Part shown: piece after piece, positions 12,628-26,071 of the stretch | Position numbering within the stretch: the first letter of the stretch is position 1 | Layout of the letters: each line of letters begins with the position of its first letter | DNA from: Orbicella franksi | Lineage: Eukaryota | DNA: 64,000 nucleotides | Reading direction: 5' to 3' | NCBI GenBank assembly: GCA_964199315.1 | Contig: OZ116709.1 | Coordinates: 8,804,001 to 8,868,000, forward strand | Notes under the pieces: generated by a model | The model's database searches: none | Told to the model about the DNA's origin: nothing | Seen by the model: only the letters and a program-made list of their open reading frames with translations | Position numbers and translations under genes: made by a program

Positions 12628-14374
12628 TCATGCGACTCTTTTCTTGTATGGCGTTCCTCTCTTTCGTGATTTATGTGACGAGATATGTAGGTTACTCTCT
12701 TTCACGGCATTGAATCTCCTATTCAATCGAAATTCGTTAAGTGTTTGGTCAAAAAATCAGGCAGCAGACCACAATTTGAAGTAAATTTTTCCATCATGCA
12801 TCTAACTTGAGGACGCTTTTGTTTTCTGGGAGAAAATTGCCCTTATTTATGAGGGTTTTTTTAAATGCTAACTCTGAAAGTCAGAATCTATTTTGTCGAG
12901 TACTGTATAACAACATGAAAGAACGTGTTTGCCCTCACTTGCAAAACACCGAGACGAGCTCGTTGAAAACACGACGCGCAGCGGAATATTTTGGACGAAC
13001 TTCGAGGACGTGTTTGGAAATGTGGTTAAACACTATCTTGAGTGTTTGATATATCTCGATCGAGAGAGAAAATGGAGAAATAAAATCGTAAAAATCTATG
13101 CAAGGTGAGTTCAGATATCCAAACAGCGAGTTTTCTTTTTGGTGAGACCCTAAAAATAACATTCAGACAAACCTTCGACAACAGGATGTTGGATTTATTT
13201 TCCCTTCATCCCCATTCCGGAATAACCTACTGTTCACTTGTCGCAAAACATGACTTATATGTATCGCTGCGAATGCTTTACTGCTTACCTTAAATTTTTG
13301 AAACCTCGAGATAAGCAATATTCGAGACCTTGTATTTCTTTGGTGCATTGTTTTCGTTATTCTTTGTGTGTAAATTTAGTTGTTGTATTTCTTATTTTCC
13401 CGTTACACTTTTTCATATCATTGTGTATTGTTTATTTTTTCTCAGTGTGAAATTAAAAAAAGACGCTTTTGCTGTAACTAAAGTGGCAACCCTTGTTAAC
13501 GAGTCAACCGTGAAGAGCTTTTTTTCTTCCAGTTCCTGTCAGCTCAAAGTGAAATGCCAAACTTTCGCAGCGATAGAAGGTGCCATGGCTAAAAAGAACT
13601 TCTTAGGCTGATTATGACGTTCACAACACCACGTCACGTCAACGTAACTAAGAAATAAGGTGAAATTCCTGTTGCATGATTTTTCTGTGTACTCTGAGCC
13701 ACGACAAAAACCTAAGTCCTTATCATTTTTGCCCAATCGTTTCCCCAAAATAGACACCTGATTTATTGGCGAATTCTAATTCATTTAAAACATTTCGAGG
13801 AGACCGACAATACTAGCGTTTGTATATTTAATGTCACCAAAGGTTCAGTTCTACGATTTTTAACTCTCGCGATTTCAGATTACCAGTATTGATTTCCTTT
13901 GTCGACTCCTTTGTCGTGGCCGCGTCGAATTGTGTGAAAGCTTCGTATTTGACTCAAATATTAAGTCTCAAAGCCATTTACCGAGACATTAGACAATACA
14001 AAAAAAGAAAATATTAGGTTTATTTACCATTGTAACAACCGTTTTGAATGAGTTTAAGACGAATTGATCTTCATTCACATTGACTTTTTTTCTATTTTTT
14101 CGCATTGATAACAATCTTCTCATTACTGAGCGGTCATCCATAACAGTGTCATAGTGAGACTTGAATAAGTTTTTGTAGGAAAAGCGCCTGGAAAGCACGC
14201 GAGCTGTTCTGTTATAAATTTGGTCTGGAATCTTTAAATACTCGAGTCCTGGAAGTTGACTGTAGAGACTGACATCGTTGAATTTGTCGACAGCTTAAGA
14301 TTCTACTCCTACTGAGTGAAGAAGGATCTCTCTTCGTGGCCGGTCTGATTCCTTCTCTGAAGGCGACGAAACTC
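12628..14374 (-). pseudogene. Probable decayed multi-exon gene of unknown family
   Basis: 14028-14374 is exon-shaped (CTAAC..cag acceptor, ATG|gtaaat donor) with 115 codons and one TAA. 12628-12801 has a ttag acceptor and 58 codons with one internal TGA. No recognisable domain. Confidence 0.4.
12870..13130. mobile_element. Dispersed repeat, second copy at about 59200-59395
   Basis: Shared gaaagaccgtgtttg..aaacaccgag..gttgaaaa..atttt.gacgaac.tcga..aaaatcgt.aaaa..tatg..agatat.caaa. Confidence 0.7.
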
Positions 14375-15768
14375 CTGAAGTGTCAAGTTAGTAAATCCAT
14401 GGTCGTTTGATCCTTTAAACCCATGAGTAATTATCTGTTTGAATTAGTCATCTCTTTTATAACGTTTTCACTTCAAAAAAAATGTATCTGCTACCATTCA
14501 AACACATATATATATGACACACTACTGAGTACCGGGAATAATTCCAATAGTCATAACGTTAATATTTTGAGCTCTCATGGCCGGCGAGGAAATCTTATAG
14601 GGGGTCAGATCACCACTATGAAGTCTGCTCTGAGTCTTTCTCTTGGCTTTTGCTGTTACTAGCTCAAACTATCTAATTAATCCTAGCTATCAAAGCTTTT
14701 ATTTATATTCATAACTGTTAATTGTTGATACTAAAGATAAATAACATGTTTAGGTTTAATTTATTGGACAGTTTCAGCTGAGCTGCTTGTGGTCCGAGAA
14801 GAGTCCTGAATGAGGGACTAGCTTCTAAATTTCACATATTTCGGAAGATTCGAAGGCTTGTAACTGTGTTTGAAGACATTACATGGAATAGATAATTTAA
14901 AGTAATATTTCAAGAACAAATCCAAAATATGCCTCTACACATATGAGCAAAGGACTAGAACAAGACCAGGGCTTTTCTAGGATATGATGAATCTCTTGTA
15001 ACATGGCCCTGTTTAGCTGTTTGTTTTGTTACGTTTGTAACGTATTTACCACAACGTGGTAGAATAGAAAGACAACAGAACATTGAAGTTTGTAAAACTA
15101 CACAGCGTGAAAGAATGAATCCGCAACACGAAACATACTAGCGCACGTGTTACACGCGATTTCGTCGCCACGCCGCGCGGTTCAAAGCCCACCTCAAAGC
15201 AATCATGTTGATATTGATTATTTCGTTGTCCGTTGTCAGTTTTTAATTATTATAACTGTGTAAAATTTACTCAACATTAACTGTTTTCAGCGTCAGCATA
15301 CACACAATGTAGATTAAAGTTGAACATATTACACCTACATGTATGTCATCTCCGTGTTCCGACCTTGAACCCCAGTTTATCTTCAAGTCTCGTCACATTT
15401 AATTGAAACGCATGCAAATGTTTCAAATTTCGATCATAGCAACTAGCAAAAACATGGGCCAAAACCCCTTCCCTCCTTTCAATGTTGGAAAATGGCAAAA
15501 TGCATTCATGTGTCCGTTCACATTGCACCGGGGTGAACAGGGGCAAAATGTGTGAAAACTGAAGTGTTTCAACAAAGGCTTGTAGCTTACGATTTAAAAC
15601 AAGGCTTAGGTAGATTTAAATGGGTCAAAATGAAAAATAAATAGCATCAAACACACACAAAAAGCAAGCATATAACAAGACATACAAAGAACACAGGTTA
15701 GTCATTTTCACAACTGAGATATTTTGAATAGAGAATACTTAATTGAAGGTCAAAACCATAATAACAAT

Positions 15769-16245
15769 AAAACTGTTGGAGCGATCTGTGCTCATAGTTC
15801 TTTAAAAAACGTTTAAAACAGATCTAATTTTAATAAGCTTTTAATAAGCAGAAGAAATTGGAAATCTCGGGGGCCCGAACACAAGCCCGGAACCAATGGA
15901 AATGTCAATTCCGCAATTAAACAGCATGCGGAAACCGGCCACGATATACATCCTATTTACGCCAACATTCTTGAAACAGGTGTGAGCGGCAAGAACAAAA
16001 GACTGTTTCTGGAATCCTTGCACTCTTTCTTAGACAAAAACTCCGTAAATGAAAGAGCACCCTTCCCAAGGGTTTACGCGTCACTGGTTGCCTCCTTAGG
16101 GGGCAACGAACAATAACGTCCCAGCTTATTAAAATTCTGTGAATCGCGCGAAATCATCATTCTCTGAAGAAGACCGCAGAAGGCGGTCGAAAATTTAGAG
16201 ACATTTTTACTTTTTTAGATCTGTTTTAAACGTTATTTAAAGAAC
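15769..16245 (+). mobile_element. Penelope-like element 3' fragment (GIY-YIG C-terminus + hammerhead) with a short inverted end
   Basis: Frame from about 15900 reads NSAIKQHAETGHDIHP..ILE..KRLFLESLHS..NSVNERAPFP..EQ*. Inverted repeat of 30/31 bp at 15797-15827 vs 16215-16245; direct repeat ATAATAACAAT at 15758-15768 and 16246-16256. Confidence 0.85.
16160..16200 (+). ncRNA. Minimal type I hammerhead ribozyme motif
   Basis: TTCT-CTGAAGA-A-GACCGC(AGAAG)GCGGTC-GAA-AATT-T-AGAG: intact core, 6-bp stem II, palindromic stem III, 4-bp stem I. Confidence 0.8.
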
Positions 16246-16574
16246 ATAATAACAATGCACATATTAAATCTCATTGAGGTTACAAGGGCACTGAACTCTA
16301 GGAATACGGTAGCTAGAATCTAGTTATTAAAATCTATTTAAATAGATTTTATACATACCTATCCATTTTATTGATTTATCTATCGATTTATAGGTAAATA
16401 GATTTCGAATCTATTTATTAAAACAATCATACTATCCACTATAAATCAAGAAAATGTAAATATCAGTACCTCTAAATCCCATTTGACCAAGAATTGCAAA
16501 TCTAAATATTAACTTAAGTCAAAATCAAAATGCAAGTTGTAGTTGTCAACGGCTTTTATGAAAAAAAAAAAGAT

Positions 16575-16765
16575 AAATGAAAAAAGATGGTGAATTGTAA
16601 GCTCGGTAATGAAATGTGAAAATGACCTTGCTCTCTATGAGTTCTCGAAGTTCAGTGGATAGAGCGCCCGCCCGGTGTTCGGGAGGTCATGGGTTCGATT
16701 CCCGTCGGGGACTCAGATTTCCTCTTTGTCCCACGCTGATGCCATGTTGGTCAGTTCATTTTCTC
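16575..16765 (+). mobile_element. tRNA-derived SINE-like repeat
   Basis: A-box-like agttcagtggatagagcg and B-box gggttcgattccc, followed by a non-tRNA tail; cloverleaf incomplete. Confidence 0.75.
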
Positions 16766-17199
16766 AAAATAAAAGATGTTGGAAGTAACTGGAATCGTTT
16801 ATGAAACAAGCCAGTATGTCAGGAAGCTAGCTGAAAGATTCAACCAAGAAAAAATCACCTCCAATGCCTCCTCACAAGCACAGGAGAAAAGAACCAAATC
16901 TAAGAAGTGTCGATCTTAGAACTTGTTGTCTACTTTAAATGAACACAAGTAGTAAAACCCGCGTTTTAATTTAAGTTTGCGTTAATGATACGACGTTGGG
17001 CTGGCCTCTCCGACAAGTGAGTGAAGCACTGGAGACCTCGGTACCCATAAATTACACTCTTGAATGGTTGCAGTCCTTCTTCAAGAACGTTATCAAACTG
17101 AAATAGATTAAATGATGAAGTCAGAATTTGTACTTGAAGAAGAGAAAATCTCTTTTGACTTGAAGTAATGCTAATGCGAAGCCAAATAACTGACAAACA

Positions 17200-17310
17200 C
17201 AAATAGAAAATGACCGGTGATTGTTGCGTTTTAAAATTCCTCTGGCGTAGTGTGGACCGAAAACGTTTGATGCGTTTTCAGAGTGAAACCTCTGCTTTCA
17301 AATTCCTCCG
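17200..17310. mobile_element. Fragment of the Harbinger-like MITE seen complete at 50371-50725
   Basis: aaaatgaccggtgattgttgcgtttt..gtagtgtggac..tttgatgcgtttt shared. Confidence 0.8.
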
Positions 17311-18121
17311 ACTTAGAGTCTTCATTAATGAGTCGAGATTGAAAGCAATTATTCAAATATCAAGGATAGCGAATACAACTTCCTTTTGCAAACACTAAAT
17401 GATTTTTCAAGTTTCTCGCAGAATTTCAACTTTTTAAGTCTTTCGAGTAGAGATTTTACTACGATAGGAAACAAGGCGGCTGATATTTAGTGGCTTTTGG
17501 CCGACCAGCAGGTTTCCTTTTGCCAGATTGTGTCCATTGCAAGATGATGTTGGGTTATGAGCCCGATCCATTCTAACTAAATACGTGACAGATTCCTTGT
17601 AACCCTTTGTATCGCACGGTATTGTTTTAAATGTCAGATGTTAAAGGCCAGTATAAAAGTGCGTAACTTGTGCTCTGTCGAGCTCTCTCATGAAGATATA
17701 CCTCATTAACAGACACAGACAAAGCCTCAAAGGCAAGAAGCCATTAAAACTAATTTTTCTTGCAGTGTTACAAACTGAAGAAAACCATTTGCGCCGAACA
17801 CGAAGATTTGACGCATTCTGTACAATAAGAAAGCACGTGAAGTGGCGAAAACTGACTGCTCGGCAAATTAACAGTTAATTAAATTTAGAAATTTTCAGGA
17901 AACTAAAAGTGGAAATGTCAAATTCGTATACTGTAGTACTCTAAACTCGCTTCACAAAGACAAACAACATTGCAAAGTTGTTGGGCAGTGAGGTGCCTTT
18001 CCATGTTCGATTCTTTATAGTAAGTAGGGTAAAGAAGCTGTCTTGTACAGTAAGTAGTGTTTATAGCTCTGTTGTATTGTAAGAAGTGTATGTAGCCTTT
18101 ATTGTATCGTTTTAGTGCAAC

Positions 18122-18165
18122 GTAGCAGCAAAAGTATTGTAAAGTAGCAGCAAAAGTATTGTAAA
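18122..18165. repeat. 22-bp tandem duplication
   Basis: gtagcagcaaaagtattgtaaa x2. Confidence 0.85.
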
Positions 18166-20519
18166 GTGTAAGCAAACATAATAACATAAATTTTAAAAAA
18201 AATGTTCGGTCACCACGCTAATTAAGTACCAAGGACTGAGAATCAGTGAGAGCTGAAGAAACACTGGCCAGCGACTGATGGCCCAGGGCATTTCATCGTT
18301 AATATTATCACTCGATAGAAACAAGATATTTTTATCATTTTCTAAATATTGACACTAGCTGATATGTGGAATAACGAAAAACGCTGGCCAGCTTGTCAGG
18401 TTTCCGCAGCAATTTCGAGTTCTCGCGAACTTTCACGAGTGCTTCCATGAAATTTCCAATACGAAACAAAAACATCAATTTAATTACTTAAGTTGGGAAA
18501 TTACAATTCATACTCAGTAGTCTGATCAATAGCTAGAGGTTTAAAGCTCAATCGTCTATCATGCTAATGTAAATAGCAAGCTGTTCAGACCTGTTGGGAT
18601 TGCGAACAAGTGTATGAAACCGCAATAAAATGCGGTTAAGTTAAAAAGAATGTCCTCCAAAAGAAAAATCTTACGGGTTATTGTTTTCTTTAGTACCTCC
18701 CATTAGCACAACAGTACTATAAAGTTATTTTTAATTATTTGCGTTTTCTTTCCGTTTTTTTTTAAAGGTGTGTAAGGAAAAATCCTTCGTGCCTTTTAGT
18801 TCTAAGGAGATATCACAGATCAGATAGCGTTGGAGTTATCTTGGGCCATCTTTCACATTTTCGAGGCATAGTGATCCGTTCTAGAAATTTTCTTTTAGTA
18901 CCTCTTAATTTTACTTCATTTTTGTTTAGAAACATTCTAATCCTATTTAAGCATTTCAATTTAACCAGATAAATCTATATGAATATTTTTCTTCGAAATG
19001 TTCATTTCTTTAAGTGATAGAAATTTGGTGTAAGTCGCAGCGATTAAAAAAGCGCTGAGTTAACTTGCAATTAGTGATGTGATTTATATTTCTGTTGCAT
19101 TCAAAAGTTAAAAGCCTGCAAGGAACAAAAATCAATTTTTTTCCATTGAAAAGTACGTCCGTAAACACCAGTTGTAATCTCATCCGAGAACAAGCACCTA
19201 CACAATTTACAAGATTGCTTTGTCTTAAAAACCTGTTTCTCTGTTTAGATCAAATCAACGCTAAAAGGATGGTCAACAGAGTGGTTAGAATATTTCATTT
19301 TCTTGGTCGGAAGGTTCAAATCTGATTAAAAGTGACCTTTCCTGATAGGATGAAGCGAAATCTTGGTTTGAAATATTTTTTACAGGTGAAACGGGGGTAT
19401 TTTAAAAACAAAGCCATTGCCGTCGTAGGCGAATTAAAGTGAGGGCGGCCAAGAAATTGCTGATTTTGAACGAGCACTGAAGGAATCCCTTTGTTTCTTC
19501 TCTTCTGGAAAAAAGGTAATTCAAATCGTTTAGGATTCAATGTTGTAGCTTAATTAAATTTAGTGTATCTTAGCTAGTCTTCGTCGTTTTCGAATGAGGA
19601 TTGTAAAATATAAACAATAACCTCTTGACTATGATGTTGCAAACTAGATATTGCAATGTGTATTTTCGAACCTGAGGTTTGAAAATGGGAACTAGTCGGA
19701 GAAAAATGTTACTAAGCGCTACATAGTAATAACAAGGGACATTTGCTTTTAAATAACAAACAAAACCGCTTCCATGTAATGCTATGCGCGTTCAGGACGA
19801 GCTTACATTTCTTGCCGACGCTAGGTCAGTGGTTAGGATTGGATAACAGTGGGAAAACAGTCTTAATTTGTGAAGTAAAATGCTCATAGCTTTAAAATAA
19901 ACACGCCGCGAAATCGGAACGGATGCACGGTTTGTGTCAATTAGTCTGTCAGTAAATTAAAATGGGTCAGTGGCAGGTGTTTCTGATCTTCGTATTTTCT
20001 AGACCTTTTCTAAATGAAAAATGAAATAACAAAAAGAGTGGCATTGAAGATAGCAGTTTATGCGCATGGTCAATTTAATTAACCGAGGCATTTAGGGAAG
20101 AAAAACCCGGAACTGACACACCATGACTTCCGGTCTCACGCTGAAAACGTTTTAAGCTTTTAATCGGACTCGGAATAAGACTTGCCGTGGGTTTAGCAAT
20201 TAAAATTGAAAAGGGTGTCAAAATGTTAGAAGAAAATGGAACTGCGAATAGTTTGTTTTTAGAATATGTGTGATAACTCACAGCCCTTCGTCATGGTTGG
20301 TGTGTTAATGACTGGAGCGAGATTGCCACGACAAAATCAAAAACAATTTTGCTAAGTTCTTTACTTTTATATTGTATCTTAAATCAGTCAAGGATCGCTT
20401 CCTTGTCCCTAAACATTTCTGTTATGGATTTGAATTGGAGATAATCGTATGCTGTCTCTTTACTGTGTAATACGCACATAGTTAATCCTTTAAGGGATAA
20501 GGTTAATAGAAGTAAAGCG

Positions 20520-20785
20520 TCTTAAGCTTAGTGGCTCGTACACTCTTAACGTAACTTCGGTTTCCGCAGCACGAATCGACTCAGGAAATCTTTCCTTCCC
20601 CTGGATGGGATACTAGTCCTCTACAACTCAGCGCTACCCAGTTATTGTCCTGGTCAGAAAGAGACACTGCGAGAGTAAATTGTCTTGGCTAAGAGCACAA
20701 TGCGGTGACTGCAGCCAGGACTCCAACTGACCTTGACCGCTCGATCCAACGCGGCGCTAACCGTAAGGCCACAGCACCTTCCCAC
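20520..20785 (-). mobile_element. tRNA-derived SINE, decayed
   Basis: Reverse-complement similarity to 30933-31245 (ggatgggatactagtcc, gagagtaaattgtcttggctaagagcacaa, ctaaccgtaaggccac). Confidence 0.7.
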
Positions 20786-20929
20786 TTCCTACCAAGAAAA
20801 GTGATCAGAATCTAATTTCTCTCCCAAATATCAGTGCAATGTCCCCATACAGGTCATGAGAAAAAGGCTGTTGATCTTAAAGGGGAATTTGCGTTCTTAC
20901 TCATTATCTACCAAACAGCCTGAGTAAAG

Positions 20930-21133
20930 TTTTCCGAACGGGGGACCCGTAAAGCCATTTGTAGTTAATCTGCATCTAAAAACAGAGAGGTACACTGTAT
21001 ATACACCTGAAACTTCATGTATAATGGAAACCTCTGTTCATATAATAACTCTGTAATCACAACTGAGCTTTGAGATTTACGTATGGCTTTCCGGGTGCGA
21101 AAACGTTTTCGGGACCTTAGAGAAACGGGCCCT
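20930..21133. mobile_element. Partial MITE, same family as 52200-52429
   Basis: Shared cgtaaagccat..atctaaaaac.gagaggt..cctgaaac..ggctttccgggtgcgaaaac..cgggacctt.gagaaacgggccc. Confidence 0.8.
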
Positions 21134-21884
21134 TGAGGACCTTAGTCTATCGAGGAAATGTATGGAGACCAATAAGATGAGCTTATACCTTTGTAACTCA
21201 TACGATCATCATTACAAAAAAATTACTCTGTCCTTCAGCCCCAACTTTTCTAGTGATTTCGCTGAGTTTTAATCTTTCGGTTTTACGTTGATGAAGTCAT
21301 TTTACAAAATACCACAAAGTTTTTAGTGTAATTATATTTCAATTTGCAAACCAGTTTTTAAAAATTGAAACATAATTGTGCCTAATACATCCATTTAAGG
21401 AGATAAAGGAACGAAATTTGTTTCTTAAAATGTGTGTAAAATGCTGCAAGCGGGGCGCTTTGATTTTTGAGCCAAGAATTAACAAGAAAAACACGGAAAT
21501 AATCCCTTAATAGTTCTCATGATCTTTTAATTGCATTTTGCTTTTAATTTTTTTTAGATTTTTTCCAAGTAAAGATAGTTCTCTTTTGACCAGCTGGTTT
21601 TAAATGATCTAAGCTTTTAAGTTCCATGGATATCCGTTTTTATAAAACCTTTCTATTATATAATCTTCCCCCTTCCACATTTTAGCAACATTAATTTCCC
21701 CAAATAACCGAAAAGATCACTATTTTCCTAAAGAAGGGATTGCACCCTAGTAATGGAAAGGTAAAAATCAGTAAAAAAACGCAGAATCAAGTACCAGCAC
21801 ATGAATAACATTTTCAGCTAAGAACTGAGAGTTTTCAAAACATTTTTACTGCATAAGGATTGAAATAACTTTTATTCTAGACGA

Positions 21885-22210
21885 GTGAAGGAGAGAACAA
21901 TTTTGCCATGGTGCGAAGATCTGAATTTTATATTCGAGTGAACAAAACAATATTTCACGAACGAGCGCAGCCAGTGAGTAAAATATTGTTTTTAACACAA
22001 GAATAGAAAATTCATATCTTCAAGCCACCGTGTAATTTTTTTTCTTACTGTATAGACAAACAGACTTTGTTCAAACAACTGTGGAAATGGCGTCATCAAT
22101 AATATCCTTAGCCTTGAGGATATGGAAAGGTCCCGGATGTAGTTTCGTATGAATTTCACGAGTGGTGTAATTTCCGGTAAAACATTCGTGTCTATATATT
22201 GAACGGGAAT
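21885..22210. mobile_element. Palindromic element
   Basis: Arms aacaatatttcac / gtaaaatattgtt around acgagcgcagccagtga; the remainder resembles a dispersed repeat body. Confidence 0.6.
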
Positions 22211-25200
22211 ATTCATATAGAACTATAGAGTGAACATTTTTATTCTCATTCTATGAAAAACAAAAACATTGAAAATTTTAGCGAAGTTATGTTTTCTGTA
22301 AATGAAATAATTAATGAATTATCATATATATACTTTTTTTTACAAAGAAAGAAAAATAAGCGACCGGATACCAACTCATCGTTTTCGTTTACACAACACA
22401 AAACAAACGGCAACATGCTTGTTGGGCTTCGTTGTTAGGAACGATCGGCTCTCGTTTGTTACATAACACAAAATTTACACAACGATGACATACTCTCTTC
22501 CAGTTGTTGCACATTTGTGAATATGTACGCAGGAACTCAGCTCCTCAGTGCAAGAGGCCCTGTTAAGGGCCACTGTTCAGATTTAGCTATTATTACTTAA
22601 CCTCATAACCTCTAGGGTGATAGCCTCTACAACCTTTCAAAACTGCATCAATGGTCTAAAGGTATTAACTAAAACAAACCTGTTTCTTAAATCTTGTATT
22701 CTCAAGTTCGCCTTCGTTGACTTTAAGATATTAATGGTCAAAACAACATTGACTTTAACCATTTGCCTCTAAAATACGAAGTAAAATATACGTAATAAGT
22801 ATAGGACGTGTTTTGGATTTCTCGGTTAAACTATTCTTGACATGACGAGTTGAAAATAGTTAACTTTGGACACAAGTTCTTAACTTATGATAGTTTTCAA
22901 GATTCATGACGTTTTACAAAGTGAATCTATTTCATTTATTCATTCATCTACTGATCAGAGGTTTTAGAGATCTGCATGGGAAGCTTTTTAGCAAAACAAT
23001 CTTGTAGAGCTCAAACATTGATTCTAGATATTTTAAAACCATTCAAGACGCGCCAGCTTTAACAATATTTAGGATGACAGGCGGAACCTTTTTCTCATTG
23101 TTTAGAAATTCAGGGAGATTTAGAGCAATACAATGAACTAAAAAAAGGTTTATATAGGTATTGAACGCAAAAACACTTGAAGAGTGCTCTGCGTCTTATA
23201 TAGGAAGGCGTATAGAACCTTCTAAGTTTCTGCTCTGCCTCTTTGTGTTCAGATTTCACTGAAAACTCTTGACAAATAAAGCTCAATTCGTACATCGAAT
23301 AGAACTGAAGTCCCGAACAAGCGCATCACTGAACAATATGCATAACTTGTGATTTCTGTGGTTACGGCATGGACAGATCATAGTTAATGGATTGTCCATA
23401 GTTAATAACTACGGACTTTTTTTAAAGTTAGTCGAATTACATTTGACTCCAATACGTTTTGCAAATTACATGTAAGCCTAAGTAAAAGAACTTACGCACA
23501 ATTTGGGCGCTTACTGACAATACAATTTAGTTTAATAAATTTTATTTTTAAAAGTTCAATATAAGTATGGCAATTTTGATTTTTAATAAACATACCCGTC
23601 TATGTATTTTTGACATTTGATTTTCATAATTGTACTTTACACAAGAGCATTGCATATTGCAGATATGGTAAACTTGTTAATGAAAAGATGTTGTTAAAAT
23701 TATACTAAGAAAAAGTAAATAAATAAAGAATTAAGAAGCACATAACATTAAAGACATTGTGCACGGAATTTCATAGAAATTACGGTAATATTCCAATATT
23801 CTTTCAACAGAATAAAGCAAAGAAATCAAGAATTCGAGAGTCGATTTCGAAGTGACACATTTTTTCGTGTCATAGAGTAAAGAATTCTAATTTTATAAAT
23901 TATATGTCGATAAAAAAAATTTTTTAATTTGAAATAGGTAATGATGGTGTTTCATATTTCGCCTACATTCCAAAGGAAATGTTGTTCTTTGTATTATTAC
24001 GGGTTTCAAAACCTCCATCTCCTCTATCGGGTCTTAATCCAAACATCTATAAAAAACGGTTATGTGGTACGTTAAAAATCTGGGGGTAGCGCCGTCTTGG
24101 CGGGCGTTATATCGAGCCAGTTAATTTTCAGCTCACAAATTGAATTGTTCAAGCCTATATTATTGGGATGTTTGGCTGCTGGGCGATTATCTACAAAACA
24201 ATATTGAGTCCAAAGCTACTCCTATGCTTTAAAAGCTGAGAATCTGGCTAAGTGTAAACAAATTTCAATCGTGTCAACACAGCCGGTCACGGCCAGTTCA
24301 TACATTGTTCACTGCGAAGAAACTAAGACCTGAAAAGTCTTTCGTAGACCTTTAAGATATTGCAACACTGTCAAGAGCCAAAGATTAAACTACTGGATAG
24401 ACAAGTAAGCAATTTAAAAAAAAACTTGCTTTTTAAATTAAGATTTCTTTTTCGAGTTAGTTGCTTTTGAGAACGCCAATACGATTGAAAAGATTTCGAT
24501 TCGGTCGTCTATTTGCATATTTAGAAACGTTTCATTTGATATCGAGACTCAAGAAAACGTAAACTAGAACGACACTGGTAACACAGTCGAAAATTTTATT
24601 ATGAGTGAACATTGATGAGGGGGTGGTTCGCTATGAATGCTAGATAATTAAATGTTTTTAAATCTAAACTTATTAACCATGGAACTAACCAGTTAACTGA
24701 ATCAAATTTTAGTCTTACCGTAGTTGTCGTGATGACCTATGCCGAAGTTTAAAGGTAGATTCATTGGTTCCAAAACATCAGTTCCATAGGGTCGTTTAGA
24801 AGTCTCTCTCTCCTCCATCACCCCTTCCGCTTAAAACCTCACCTAGCAATTGCATATCCTCCCTTATTTGCAATCCCGAACTGCCCTATTCCATATATTT
24901 TGACCTCTTCACAGAGCGGTGTTAGTCGTATAAACCCAAAGGTTATAAACGCCCAAGTTTACACTTTTAGGATTTCGCGTTATGCAGACTGACAAAAAAG
25001 AATGGGGTCGTCGTAAACTGATTTTTCTCTGCGAAACGTTTCATTTTTACGTTACAATGAGAGTAAAGGCCTTGAATAATTATTATCTATAGTCCTCGGT
25101 GGCCATAGCACTGAAAGTTGAAAACGAATGGACTATTTAAGGTAAACATAGCACACCTGTTTAAGGCAAACAAGGCAACGAAAAGTGCTAGTTTGTCAAA

Positions 25201-26071
25201 CAAAATTAGCAGTAAAATGTTCGTTATAAGCGTGATTAAAATATATGTAAAAAGGAAAACGGCGCAGGCTACAGAACATGCTGTCTTGACAGATGATCGA
25301 ATGTCTCGCTGTACTAATTTTTACTTTTTTACCAAACGTTATCGATCACAAGCACACCTTTTTAAAACATTCTCAAGAGACATTACCAATCATCAGTACA
25401 TTTTAATTTTTAATTGATTTTAAGTGCACCTTGTAAGCTTCCATTAAATTCTATTTCAAGGGCAGATAGGACTTTAAAAGTTCACAGGATAATCTTAACT
25501 TAATGGCTTCTTACGGTTATCTCTTTTACATCAAAGTCAGTGGTACTGAAACCAAATGGGATCAGTTTTTTTGCTACATTATTCAGTTAAGAAAAAACAT
25601 TTATTTAGTTGGGTACAAAAAGTTTTTGACCGTTCAAGATCGTTGCTAATTTCTTCTGAATATACGTGATTCCCGTCGTAACTGAGTTTGCTACAAAAAT
25701 GCAAAATTGCTTTAATTGTACAGGACATTTCGCAGCAAATATACTTCTGAAGTGGTACTCCAATATAATAGTCATAGAAAAAAACTCCTATTCTTAGTGA
25801 GTTGATTTAGTGATCATTAAACTTTTTTGGTGTCATTTTTCAACTGCTACTAATATATCTTTGTGGTTAATAAATATTAAAGCTACAGAAAAGCATTAAA
25901 TTGGCTTCATGTAAAAACTGATAGAGATATGTTTTCAATATAGTTTGGGAGTTTGGGGAGGGTGGATTAAATTAATTTTGTATGAAAAACACTTGATTAA
26001 TATAAAGATTAGAGGCGAGAAAGATATTTGTTTTCGAAACTGAGTTTTTTTTCTTATTACTAAAATTTGTC

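Noticed and set aside
12757-12759. In-frame TGA as selenocysteine
   Set aside because: The neighbouring exon-like segment has a TAA and no SECIS was seen; decay is simpler.
16640-16715. tRNA gene
   Set aside because: A/B boxes are present, but the acceptor stem is incomplete and runs into a SINE tail.
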